A program made the translations under genes and the position numbers. A stretch of DNA of 63,392 nt, filler included, from Lenisia limosa (Eukaryota > Protista > Breviatea), in NCBI GenBank assembly GCA_001655205.1. It is 14 parts of 14 records of this genome, joined end to end, with 100 filler letters (N's around TTAATTAATTAA, not from the genome) between each part and the next. Parts side by side here need not be neighbours in the genome. Positions count along the whole stretch, not along the records: positions 32,505 to 38,154 come from LPNZ01008568.1; positions 38,255 to 41,305 come from LPNZ01008111.1; positions 41,406 to 43,615 come from LPNZ01004516.1; positions 43,716 to 48,060 come from LPNZ01000081.1; positions 48,161 to 57,075 come from LPNZ01009837.1; 9 more parts are not named here. One strand, written 5' to 3'. Below are positions 37,190 through 48,289 of the stretch, in pieces. The notes beneath the pieces were generated by a model. That model had not been told where the DNA came from and searched no databases. It saw only the letters and a list, made by a program, of their open reading frames with translations. Positions within the stretch are counted from its first letter, which is position 1. Every line of letters starts with the position of its first letter.

Positions 37190-37600
37190 TACCTGGTACA
37201 GTGCAAACGCAGCAAAGCCAAACGAGACGAAGACCAGACCAAAGAGAAGGCCCTGGAATGGTCAGTACAACCTTAGTTCAATCCCCCTAGTAGACGTTTT
37301 TTTTAACATTTGAGAAACACTTTTCTTACAGTCAATCAAGCATATGATCATTCTTGATAACAAAGAAGCCCGAAAGATGGAATACATGTAAAGGCCCCAC
37401 ACATTCATATAATATAGCAATGAGAAATAAAAAAAAATATAAAGCTGTATCTGGCCGAAGCCGTCCACACTATCATGCTTAAATATCGATATTTACCTGT
37501 CTTTTTCGGATGATGATTGATAATGATGAAGGTGGTGGTGGTGGTGATGATGATGATGAAGGTGATGATGATGATGGGGTGGTACTAGTGGTGGTGGTGG

Positions 37601-37661
<61 letters not shown>

Positions 37662-38140
37662 TGAGGATGTTGACGGGAAAACCTGAGAATAGCCCCATCC
37701 CCCACATTCATCAAGGTATGTGTCCAGCCGGAGAGTACCCCAAAGTGGAACATCAAGCCGATCTGGAGGAACGCCAGAAGGACCTGCAATGGTAGTGAAA
37801 AAGGGGAGGAGGATTGCAGTGAAAGACGGGTAAAACAACCTGCAAGGATAACGGTGTTAATGAAGCAACAACAATATATATATAGACTAAATATGTATTG
37901 TATGTTGTATTATAAGTATTTATAGATAGCTATGAGAAATAAAACAAGGCTGTATCTGGCCGAATCCGTCAAAACATCACGCTTAAAAAGATAAAATGGT
38001 GCTATAAGTTCAATTTACCCTCCCCCCCCACCTCTATGGTTGCGATTTCGAACTTATTGAGTATGACTGTGAGATAGGGCTGACACTCAATTTGCGCCGC
38101 TGTAGCTGCCACCAGCACCACTGCAACCAGCATTACCTGC
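37190..38140 (-). CDS. Fragment of a polytopic membrane protein
   Basis: Hydrophobic exons VMLVAVVLVAATAAQIECQP, QVLLAFLQIGLMFHFGVLSGWTHTLMN|, GLLFGLVFVSFGFAAFALYQ|. Confidence 0.4.
37510..37662. repeat. (GAT)n/(GGT)n microsatellite
   Basis: About 20 uninterrupted GAT triplets plus flanking GGT/GAT runs. Confidence 0.95.
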
Positions 38141-38269
38141 GGGGGGGGGGGGGGNNNNNNNNNNNNNNNNNNNNNNNNNNNNNNNNNNNNNNNNNNNNTT
38201 AATTAATTAANNNNNNNNNNNNNNNNNNNNNNNNNNNNNNNNNNNNNNNNNNNNTCCTCCAATAATAAC

Positions 38270-41200
38270 CCACATTTTGAGTTTGGTACCGAAACCGATC
38301 GGGACCGTGGGTACGTTACGAACGCCAGTAGCCAGGCGACGACCGGCCTTAAGAATTCGGGTCTACAAATAGTGTCAAAAAAGTGACGGAGTGAGAATAC
38401 CGAGGAGATCGGCCGAAGCCTTCCACACCATCACGTTTATAAGGTTAGTGTCAGGCTGAAGCCGTCCACACCGTCACGTTTATATGGGGAGTATCAGGCC
38501 GAAGCTGTCCACCCCGTCACGTTTATAAGGGATAATGATAATAGTACAGAATAGGGACGACAATCCATTTGACATGTAGAAATGAGAAAAGACAAAAACA
38601 TAAGAATAGTGTTCACAATAGCGAGATAGAATCGGATATGCAGCAAAATGGTAAAGAGGTAATCGAGAAAGCTCATAGTATGTTTATAAACCTGAATCAT
38701 TTCTCCCCTCCTTCCATGGCGTGGGAATACCACCACTAGAGCTTCACTTTCGCGCTAACCAACACCCTGCCTGCATACCTGCATAGGGATGCGAGGGTCT
38801 TCCTCATTGAAGAACTCGTCCTGTATAATAAGCCCTTTCATTTGGACGGCAAAAAAAAATAATATAAAACAATAACAGTGTGACAAAAAGGACGACCCCC
38901 CCCCCCCAANNNNNNNNNNNNNNNNNNNNNNNNNNNNNNNNNNNNNNNNNNNNNNNNNNNNNNNNNNNNNNNNNNNNNNNNNNNNNNACAAAACAAACGA
39001 AGTCCAGACCAGCCGATTTTGTCCAGAACAAAATAGGACAATTATGAAGATAACAAAACAATGAAAGGATGAAATCAGAACGTTTGAGACACCCAAGGGC
39101 TGCTAATGACAAGACAGCGTATCAATGGAGGTGCCTACTCTTAGAGTGGTGGCTTGTTCAATTTGGGAGGTGGGGTCCTCTGGCATTTCGGGAGTTTGTT
39201 TGGTGATCTTTAACTGTTCGAGAAGCTTCACAGTATTCTAGAGCAGTGACATAATAAACAAAGACAAAGAAAGGGGTATTGGGCCGGTCTTTTCAATGTA
39301 TTATTTCGTAGTTTTTTTTCCACAATTTATTTCTCTGGTAACATCAATATATTTCATATTCCAAGTTGCCAAGCCTACCTTGCGAGTGAAGTAGTACTTA
39401 ATCGCAGTGAAGATGGCAATTACGAAAACAATGGACACGGTAATCTTGAGCGAGTAGGATAAGATGTCTTGGAACACATCAGACTCCGAGCCGGGCCTGG
39501 GTGTATAAATAATTACACCTTTACCTCGGTTCAATAAAACAAAGCCCAGGACAATCGATTCTGCACTCCATCAGGAGGTGATTTATCATTAGAGTTTCAC
39601 TGATGTCGAGGACTATTTATAGTGCTTTTCCGGGCCGTGGAGAAGCACTCTGATGGAAATATTGATATTCCCCAGTTGTTTTCTTACAGTACAAAAGCCC
39701 TAAACACAGCTTACGAGGCAATGAACATGTAGAGCACAAAACTAAAGACACTGCCTGCAATGGTTAGAAGCTGATAGGGCTCTGTCCAGTTAATTGAAAA
39801 ACAAAATTTTATAATTGAAGTTATTCATATTGTACCTAAAACTACACTTTAATATCCAATTTTACCGAATAATTTCTTCAAAAAATTACTGGGCAATCTT
39901 TGGAAGCACAAAGAAACATTTTATTTCCGTTTTTGCAAACTCTAATACAACGATAATATCATAGGCATTGCATATTTCTCCACGTCAGCATACCAACCCA
40001 TCCGATGATAGGAAGAAGACTTGTGGTGACCATGTTGGCGAAGAAGATCGGCGACTGAAAGAGTGCAGAGACAAAGAGCTTCACCTCCAGGTTTGCTAAG
40101 AGGAATAAGGATTTATCGAGGGTTTATCGAGGAGTCATGGGGGAGTTATCGACAGCTTACAGAGACCACTTGTATCTGGGATGTTGGGGTTGATAACTTC
40201 AAATTCATTTGAGAAGCCACTGGCAATGCCACCCGCAAGGAATTTCATTTTATATGTTCCGCTGCTGCCGTCGCGTAGCCTGTAGGGGTGAGGTTGGGTA
40301 CTTATGAAAGTTTCACTTTCAATTCGAAAAGACTGTGCCTAGTTCAATACATGTGCTTTATTGCAAACAAATAACCTCTTCTAAGTACTATATTTTAAAG
40401 CAGAAACGCAAAACAACAAAAACAAAACAGAAAAACATAGCGGGACAAACCTGAGGGTTTTGAACTGGAACTCTCCGTCTTTGTTGGTTGTTGCACCGGC
40501 TTCAAGAACAGCATTGGCACTGGACTTCTCGAAAACGTTCTTGGACTAGAGGGGGATAAAAATGGGAAAACACAAAGTCCTCAGGCCAGCCGATCCTGCA
40601 GCTCCGCATCCCATAACCCAAGGGACTCGGGAAACAAAAACGGAGACTTATGAAGCGAAAAACACAGACATAAATAAGAAACAAATGAAGCAAAGACGAC
40701 GTAAAGCGTGTCAACATCTGAGGCTGATAATCTGGTCTTTTGAGTGGTTAAAAACAACAACAATGTGAGGGAGCGTGCGGTGGAATGGTTTGATGTATTT
40801 GTATCCCAAGTTGTTTAATATTTCTCAAAACCAAATTCAAAAAAAGCGAGCGTCATGAACTTACACGCCAAAATTGAATAACACACGAAAAACAGTTGCT
40901 TACGTTTTTGATGTAGAGATCTACTGTGATCGGCCAATTTCTCTGAAAGACGTCAGTTCCGGGGAAATAAGATGTAAGAGGGATTATGGTGAAGATAAAA
41001 GATGTGAGATGAATTATGGTGAAGATAGAAGATGTGAGAGAGATTTTGGAGAAGATGTGAAGATTGTGGCGGCCTACGAGGATCATATCGGTGTCCATCT
41101 TTGGCTTGGCTGCCAGGACCGCTTCTAAGTCATACTCAATTTTAACCTGGGGGGGGGGTGAAGAGTATTAGCGCCAAGGCCAGTCGATTCTGCAGCTCCG

Positions 41201-41300
41201 CATCTCATCACTCCAGCATGGGGGGTTAACGAGCTCGAAGCCTACCTTTGGTTGCTGCATGTAAGCCTCTTCCTCTGCTGAAGTACGAACGTAGGTCTGT
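38270..41300 (-). CDS. Large membrane protein fragment: beta-rich (Ig-like) ectodomain followed by several TM helices
   Basis: SANAVLEAGATTNKDGEFQFKTLR|LRDGSSGTYKMKFLAGGIASGFSNEFEV; TMs LFVSALFQSPIFFANMVTTSLLPIIG, LLTIAGSVFSFVLYMFIAS, ILSYSLKITVSIVFVIAIFTAIKYYF. Confidence 0.5.
38408..38530. repeat. Repeat family D, three tandem copies
   Basis: GGCCGAAGCCGTCCACACCATCACGTTTATA variants; dispersed copies near 16725, 16800, 37430-37480, 37930-37988, 51225, 51560-51600, 51868-51920, 54585-54612. Confidence 0.85.
40968..41062. repeat. 30-bp tandem repeat x3
   Basis: AAGATGTGAGATGAATTATGGTGAAGATAG-like units. Confidence 0.8.
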
Positions 41301-41446
41301 ATTTGNNNNNNNNNNNNNNNNNNNNNNNNNNNNNNNNNNNNNNNNNNNNTTAATTAATTAANNNNNNNNNNNNNNNNNNNNNNNNNNNNNNNNNNNNNNN
41401 NNNNNCGAACTACTAAGAAAGAGAGGGAAAACAGACAACCGCCCAC

Positions 41447-43437
41447 CGCCAGTCGAACACCAGGGATTGACTTGACAGTGTCAGAAGAGGAGCCACGAAA
41501 TTGGCTCTTAAAGTGCCGGAGGCAACTTGCACTGTCTTCTTTCCAACCTAAAATGGTCAGGCAAGGGGGGGCATATAACAATAAAACTTAGAAAATTAAG
41601 CCTATTTTGGTAATGCCAAGGGCTTCGCTTAGGTTCGAAAAAAGACTGAATTTCTCGATAATTCCAAAAACTATCGATACTTTACCGGACTTTTTCGACC
41701 GAAGNNNNNNNNNNNNNNNNNNNNNNNNNNNNNNNNNNNNNNNNNNNNNNNNNNNNNNNNNNNNNNNNNNNNNNNNNNNNNNNNNNNNNNNNNNNNNNNN
41801 NNNNNNNNNNNNNNNNNNNNNNNNNNNNNNCCATGCCGCCGATTGGTTCATTTCCTTAGACTAAAAATATTTTCAAAAAGCAAACAGCTCTAAAGAGTCT
41901 CAGCATTTTTGGTACACGAATGTAGGCATTGAAGATGGTGTCAATTCTGCCCAAAGAGACCGAACAGTTAGGTATCTTCTCCGTTGTTAAGACTACTAAC
42001 TACAGTGACCGGGATAAGACTTGACCGATTTTCCATGGGAAATCTCATAGCAAATCGGTCAACACTTATCCCAGTCACTATATCCCTTGGAACGTAGGCC
42101 CACGAACCGTTGCAGTGCACGACACCTTTTGAACAGATTCACAGGGGTGGGCGGAGTACGCCGTAACAAAGACTGACTATGGGGGGTAAGAAGGTCAGAT
42201 GAGGCAAGCACTTACTATAGCCAGATACAACCCCTGCCTAATAGTAGAGAAACATATCAACACTAATATTTTTAACTTATTAATGGGGATACGCACCTGC
42301 TGGGCCCTTGGTGCGATATTGAACCTATCGGGTTCGATAGTAAAGCTTGGCCCCTCGTCCTCCTCGATCACGTCCTTAGGACCCCGGTTCGGCTTCTTAA
42401 AGGGGTCAATTATGCATATGGGGCAAAAGACTTGAAACACGCCAGGAAAAACATACAAAAANNNNNNNNNNNNNNNNNNNNNNNNNNNNNNNNNNNNNNN
42501 NNNNNNNNNNNNNNNNNNNNNNNNNNNNNNNNNNNNNNNNNNNNNNNNNNNNNNNNNNNNNNNNNNNNNNNNNNNNNNNNNNNNNNNNNNNNNNNNNNNN
42601 NNNNNNNNNNNNGAACTATCACTTTCCAGCGTGGTTCCGGTTCCGACAGCTCTATGAGGGGATAAATAGGATAATAATGGGCGTTTTGCCAGAGCCTGCT
42701 AACCCTTTGACTGATATCTGGTACGTTTTTTAAACGTTCTGTTAAGAAAGTAAGAAACCCCGCATCACTCCCTTCATAATCATATAGTGTGGTCCCCTCC
42801 ACGAGGCTTACTTGATAGGAATGGTCAACTTGTCGCCTTCCACTACGCTGATGTTCACGGAGTCCTTGAAGAGGACACTGTCATCAACAAATGCCTTCAC
42901 CTACGGGGTGGGGGGGGGGGGGGGGNNNNNNNNNNNNNNNNNNNNNNNNNNNNNNNNNNNNNNNNNNNNNNNNNNNNNNNNNNNNNNNNNNNNNNNNNNN
43001 NNNNNNNNNNNNNNNNNNNNNNNNNNNNNNNNNNNNNNTATGGTTACCACCCCACCTTGAATGAGGCAGTTTGGTCAGGCATCAAGGTCAGTTCGGCTGG
43101 GTCGAGCGAGAACACAGGCCGGCGCGAGGACTGTGAGGGGAGAGGGGTAAAATTGGAAAATTTATGAAATAAAAAGCCCAAAATTAACTCTGTTGACTGA
43201 CAACACACACGAGGGTTGATAACAACAAAACAAAACAAAGCCCAAAACAGTCGCTTCTGTAGCACCGCATCCCATCACTCCAGTGAAGGGGATGGTGAGA
43301 GACTTGAACAAGAACAAAAAACCACAACCACATCCATTCGAAGTCAAGCCAACCTGGGATGCGAGAGAGGCCTTGATTACTGCGGGTACCAGGGACCTGT
43401 TGGTGAACGGCAAGTCTTCCGTATAGTCTGATAGAAC
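41447..43437 (-). CDS. HYDIN: HYDIN-like axonemal central-pair protein, internal fragment
   Basis: VLSDYTEDLPFTNRSLVPAVIKASL...VFSLDPAELTLMPDQTASFK|VKAFVDDSVLFKDSVNISVVEGDKLTIPIK..VEGTTLY...PSFTIEP parallels the recalled HYDIN segment LSNQSVIPAFF..IEPNEG..ANLNDTLTFKD..YRIPVQASGTGSTI. A frame break is present near 42805-42815. Confidence 0.75.
41620..41704. mobile_element. MITE family B copy, cut by a gap
   Basis: GGGCTTCGCTTAGGTTCGAAAAAAGACTGAATTTCTCGATAA...TTTTTCGACCGAAG. Confidence 0.75.
42003..42080. mobile_element. MITE family E (Tc1/mariner-like), 78 bp, TA-flanked
   Basis: TA-CAGTGACCGGGATAAG...CTTATCCCAGTCACTA-TA; second copy, inverted, at 49258-49332. Confidence 0.8.
43131..43283 (-). 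repeat. Intronic repeat family A, most complete copy, ending at the acceptor CAG
   Basis: On -: CTGGAGTGATGGGATGCGGTGCTACAGAAGCGACTG...TTGTTATCAACCCTCGTGTGTGTTGTCAGTCAACAGAGTTAATTTTGGGC...CATAAATTTTCCAATTTTACCCCTCTCCCCTCACAG|exon. Confidence 0.9.
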
Positions 43438-43715
43438 CTGGGGTGTGAATGAAATTTAAATGAAGAATATTTAAGTAAAGGTAATTATGAAGCGAGAAAC
43501 TCCAAACAAACATTAGCAACAACAAACATTGGCAACATGTTATAAACATTAGCAACAACAAACATTGAAAACAAAGAGTAACAAAAACAAATAGTGGAAG
43601 AAGATTGCTGCACCANNNNNNNNNNNNNNNNNNNNNNNNNNNNNNNNNNNNNNNNNNNNTTAATTAATTAANNNNNNNNNNNNNNNNNNNNNNNNNNNNN
43701 NNNNNNNNNNNNNNN

Positions 43716-44250
43716 AGTGTATTGGCCTGAGGGGCTGTCTACGCCGATTTCATTACGAAACGCCAGGATCTCTTGACATGATCCCATGGACTTCTGGACG
43801 TAGGCTGGGGAGGGGGTGGTAAACAAAGGATCTTATAATATTAAGAAAAGACTGCTAAGTCATTTACAAATGATTAACCCCCTTCCCCTCACATAGAAGC
43901 CCGTCAAATGCGGTTTTGAGAGACACGTAATCCGAGAGTGCCGGGTATGGGGCATCTGGTGGGGGGTGAAAAGAAGACAATTCGATGAAGAATAGTCTGA
44001 AAAAAACAAGAAATATTTGCACACGGCGAAGGGTTAGGGTTTATAGAAAAAAAAAAAAACACAATAGTCGAAGGTCAATCCAGATCCTTGGTGAACACAC
44101 AAAATTATTGACAAATTAGTTTCTTATGCCTTGTATGTGAGATAAAATTAACTTACATCAACCAAGATAAAGCCTGCTTTTCTTTTTTGAAAAGATGGCA
44201 ATACCCTGTCAGTATATGGTGCTGATTTAGTCTTCTAACGAGTACACATT
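43716..44250 (-). CDS. Hypothetical gene fragment
   Basis: Exons DAPYPALSDYVSLKTAFDGLL| and AYVQKSMGSCQEILAFRNEIGVDSPSGQYT. Confidence 0.3.
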
Positions 44251-44802
44251 TTTGTTGCAAATATCGTAATTAAGAACCGGATCACTTTTCATTTTTGGGA
44301 TTTTGGTAAAAATGATAGACGTTACAAGCCACATGTTCGTGATGCAAGAATAAACTTAAAAAATAGTTGCTGAATACAGGATAAACAAAGGAACGAAAAG
44401 ACAAAATAAATAAAGTTATGCCTTGATTGGTCCTTTATCAAACCTCAAAATGCATACAATTAGGTTAAGGAATGTGGTTGGACGAACATAGAATAAACGT
44501 GTAAATGAAAAGAGTAAGAAAACCTACATATGATATACAGTATATCGGATATATGTATGTATATCATATACATAGTATATTATATTTAATTACCCCCCCC
44601 CCCACTTGTAACAGTCAAGGTATCAGCAGAGAGATTGTCAATGTGCGAATCTGAGATTGATACCTACGTATGTCAAATATAATAACAAAACTTCTTCAAT
44701 TACTCAGAGGCCGAAAGTCCAACTTACTGCCCTCTATTTATGAATACTACCTTTATCACCACTGACTGAAGAAATATCATGTATGGTTCTGGATAGTCTT
44801 AA

Positions 44803-45035
44803 AGCAGGGTTTCAAATGGAAAAGTTGTCTCGGATATCCGAAGCACGCTATTCTTTACTGCGCGTCATATTGAACCTGAATTACACCACTTTTGTCTCTT
44901 TTACTCCTTTCTCAAAATCGATTTCAGAGTCATTTCAATACAAAATAGAATAATATACATAAATCAATCCAAGGAAGGCCTATTCTTCGATAATTAAACT
45001 GCTACCTGAAACAACTTTCCCATTTGAAACCTGCT
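44803..45035. mobile_element. 233-bp non-autonomous TIR element flanked by TTAA
   Basis: TTAA-AGCAGGGTTTCAAATGGAAAAGTTGT ... ACAACTTTCCCATTTGAAACCTGCT-TTAA; ~27-bp near-perfect inverted repeats. Confidence 0.75.
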
Positions 45036-45744
45036 TTAAAATGTAGGGTTAATCCGAAAATTCTTCCGAATTCACTTTGGTTCCAAAAGGAATTGCCCCA
45101 CTTCACCTTGTTATTTGTTGTGACAGAGAGTGGCGATGAGAGAGCCCTAGACAGTAACTATGATGGGAAAGGGAAGACTCTAATTTACGCAGTGTTGTTC
45201 TTTTTTGGAGGTTACGACCTGTCTGTTTTTCCAAAAAAAAAAAGATCATATGTCCATATTTCAGAAGATACAGAGAGTGACAGAAAACGCGATGAGCTAT
45301 CCCCAAAACCATTTCAGTGAATTTTGGTCTTCCCTTGCAAACATTACCACCCACATACAGAGAGAGGGTCAACAGAAGGGCTGTCAATGACAAAATGATG
45401 GCCATTATGTCTGTGGCAATCTTAGTAGCTTCTTCTAGAGGTATAGGTTGCGAGAGTTGCCAATATATACGCAGAAATATTAATTATTCCGGACTGCTCT
45501 TCTACTAAGAGTGGCAAACAAAAGTGTTGTTTTGTATGTGTGTCAAAGGGTTGTGGGCTCAGGGTGCTAAAAAACTAAAATCAAGGTCAGGACGGAAATT
45601 TATCGCATTTTTATCGGTACATTTCGAAAAAGAGTATTGTGAGAGGAAAATTTGTTAGTTTGCGCCTTTTACGCGTGCTTATATACTGTATTATACAAGT
45701 TAAAGAAAATAAACCGGAAATTAAACGGACTGCTGCCTTCCCTC

Positions 45745-48060
45745 ATGATGAAGAAGAACCAAGACCATGTTCTCACGCGTAGTGAGTTCCAGGTGAGTCT
45801 TCCCCATTGCTTACTGTGGCAAATATCAAAATGATGTTGATTAACACGGGCAGGCGGTCATTGTGGCTCCCACTGAAGGAAGCAACATGCTGTCTGAAGG
45901 ACAGTCATCCTCCAGCAAGGTTTGGAATGGGAGTTTTTCGAAACCAAAGCAATTATTAGTTTGTTTTTCATACCCGCATACAAATGTCAAAACGATCAAG
46001 TTTATATAGCATATTATTCAAGGAAGGAGCAGGAAAAAGACAGGCATTTTGGTGAAATGGGCCAACTTTTGGTTTTGCCTCTTTTCTTGGTTCGCGTTTT
46101 AGCAGTTTAAGATGAAGTTCTAGAGCTTTAGGGGTCAGAGTAAACCTAGTTGACTTCCTAGGTGACACCGCGACACTTACTTAGTCGTATTTATTGCTCT
46201 CGTTGTGCTTTTCAGTACCTTATAAAATCATATCATATTAACTTCAACTCGCGAACCTAGCTCTGAAAAGACAGATTGTCATCCCCAGATCTCCTCTACT
46301 ATCACATGGCTTGACCCCCTGCCTGGTTTTATATCGTTTTTTTGCTGTGCTACTGCTGTTGTTGCCATTCAACTTTTTTTATTTATCTTCTTCATTTTCA
46401 CCCCAACCTGCAGCTGCTAAATGAGCAAGATGGAACACTCCTTATTCACTCCATCCTCGACCTCTTATACGAATCCAATGTCAGATGTGAGAGGGAGGGG
46501 GGAGGAACATTATGGAAGAGTATGATATTCGCTTTACACTCTCCAAAACCCTCTTGGTGTGACCAAACATTGCAATCTAATCCATGCAGCGATTATTTTC
46601 TGCTGTCCGGAGTCAGACCGTGACGCAATCAACAAGGAGATAGGCGACCGCACGGTTGCCTGGGAGTATTCGCCGGGTGTCAGCTTCATTTCGAGTGGGT
46701 GGGTCATATATCATGTTGGGTGGTCAAGCTTCCTCCGGAATCTGTAGGGTGTTCCTATTCAGATTACGGTGGGGAATCTGCGTTTTGTTTTAAGTAAGCA
46801 AAAAGGACAAGCTTGGACTTTTCCTTTTTATTTTTCTCAACCTATTGTGTATTGTTGGCCAAGATAGTTAGGGTATTATGAAAAAAGAAATCATATTTCT
46901 AACCTCCGCACCCAATGACCATCCAGTGTCTTCCACTATGACTATTGGCGAGTGCCTGGCTGACGCGGCAAAATACATCATGGTGGGTGTACGATGGTGT
47001 TGGTTGTTTTGTTTCTCGAGTTGACCCACTCAGTGAAACAACTTATGATGCCTCCAATAGGCAGTTATCACGGATTAATATGTGAAATGAGTAAAAACAT
47101 GATGATTATATCAACCTTAAAGTCGCATTTCAACTAACACGCAGGGAGACTTTATCCTCTTCAATGCAGACAAACCCCTGAAAGCCCCCCTGTATCCTGC
47201 CCTTGAGATGTTCCGTGTGCATGAAGCCTCAGCAGTGACCGTTTTGAAAGTGGGAGTTGGGATATAATGGAGGGTAAAACACATGATTATTTCATTTTTA
47301 TGTATCGCATATGATATGATATGGGTCTTTTGAACCGCGCTGCGTATTTTATTTGATAGTGCCCTTTGTATTACCTTGGGGTGGGGGAGATGCATATTTG
47401 AACACCTTCTTGGGACATTTTTGATTACGGTCTGACAGGGTTTTCTTTTATTTATAAAGTATCCATAGTTTTGAGCATATCTTCGTTCCGCAAGAACACA
47501 CAAGCCTTATCAAACTGCCCTCGCGGTTGCTGCATATTCACCCTTTAGTCTGTGACCATGGATGAAATGAAACAGCGACGGAAAGAAGAGGTTTGAAGGC
47601 TTTCTTTAATACTGTTTTGGGCAAATGATGTGGTCTTTTAAACAGGCTGTACCGTCTGTTCGTAACAACCAATCTGTTGCTATCTTTTTTTTTTGAAGTT
47701 AGTCACCCACCCAGGCTTAGTATTTTAGCATTCAATTTTGAGCTCCCAATTGACATGCCACTTGCTACAAACCTTTTATTTCCTTCTTGTGATAGAAGAG
47801 GATAGATGCGAGTTGGTATTAACGAAATTCAGATTGGAAGAGCCTTCATCACCCTGGGTCGTGAGGACAACTTACAGCACATAGTCAAGGTATGTATGGC
47901 CTTGTTATTTGTCAGAGAATCCATTGCTAAGGCTCCCCTGTGGCCTCAAAATGATATTAATATTATGTTGTTTCTGACCCTCAATGATCTCGGAATTGTT
48001 TTCATGGTCAGGTTGTCCCGCGAACAGAAGCCCAAGAAACTATGCACATTCGAAGGGCTG
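45745..48060 (+). CDS. eIF2B gamma/epsilon-like protein (degenerate nucleotidyltransferase fold); 3'-truncated
   Basis: SEFQ|AVIVAP, LLIHSILDLLYESN, AIIFCC, MTIGECLADAAKYIM|GDFILFNAD..LYPALEMFRVHEASAVTVLK, ETMHIRRA match recalled eIF2B gamma/epsilon motif order. Confidence 0.65.
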
Positions 48061-48289
48061 NNNNNNNNNNNNNNNNNNNNNNNNNNNNNNNNNNNNNNNN
48101 NNNNTTAATTAATTAANNNNNNNNNNNNNNNNNNNNNNNNNNNNNNNNNNNNNNNNNNNNACTCCGGATGATGGTGGATAAATGAAGGATGTCAATGAAG
48201 GAGAGAGGGAGAAAAAAAAAAAAGTTGGCTAAACGTGAGTAAAACAAACATGAACAAAGCTCCGCATCCTATCACTGCAACGTACGTGA

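Noticed and set aside
41170-41220. Family A as a box C/D snoRNA (GTGATGA in this copy)
   Set aside because: Box C is not conserved in other copies (GTGATGG/GTGATGC), no consistent box D is visible, and copies are often truncated.
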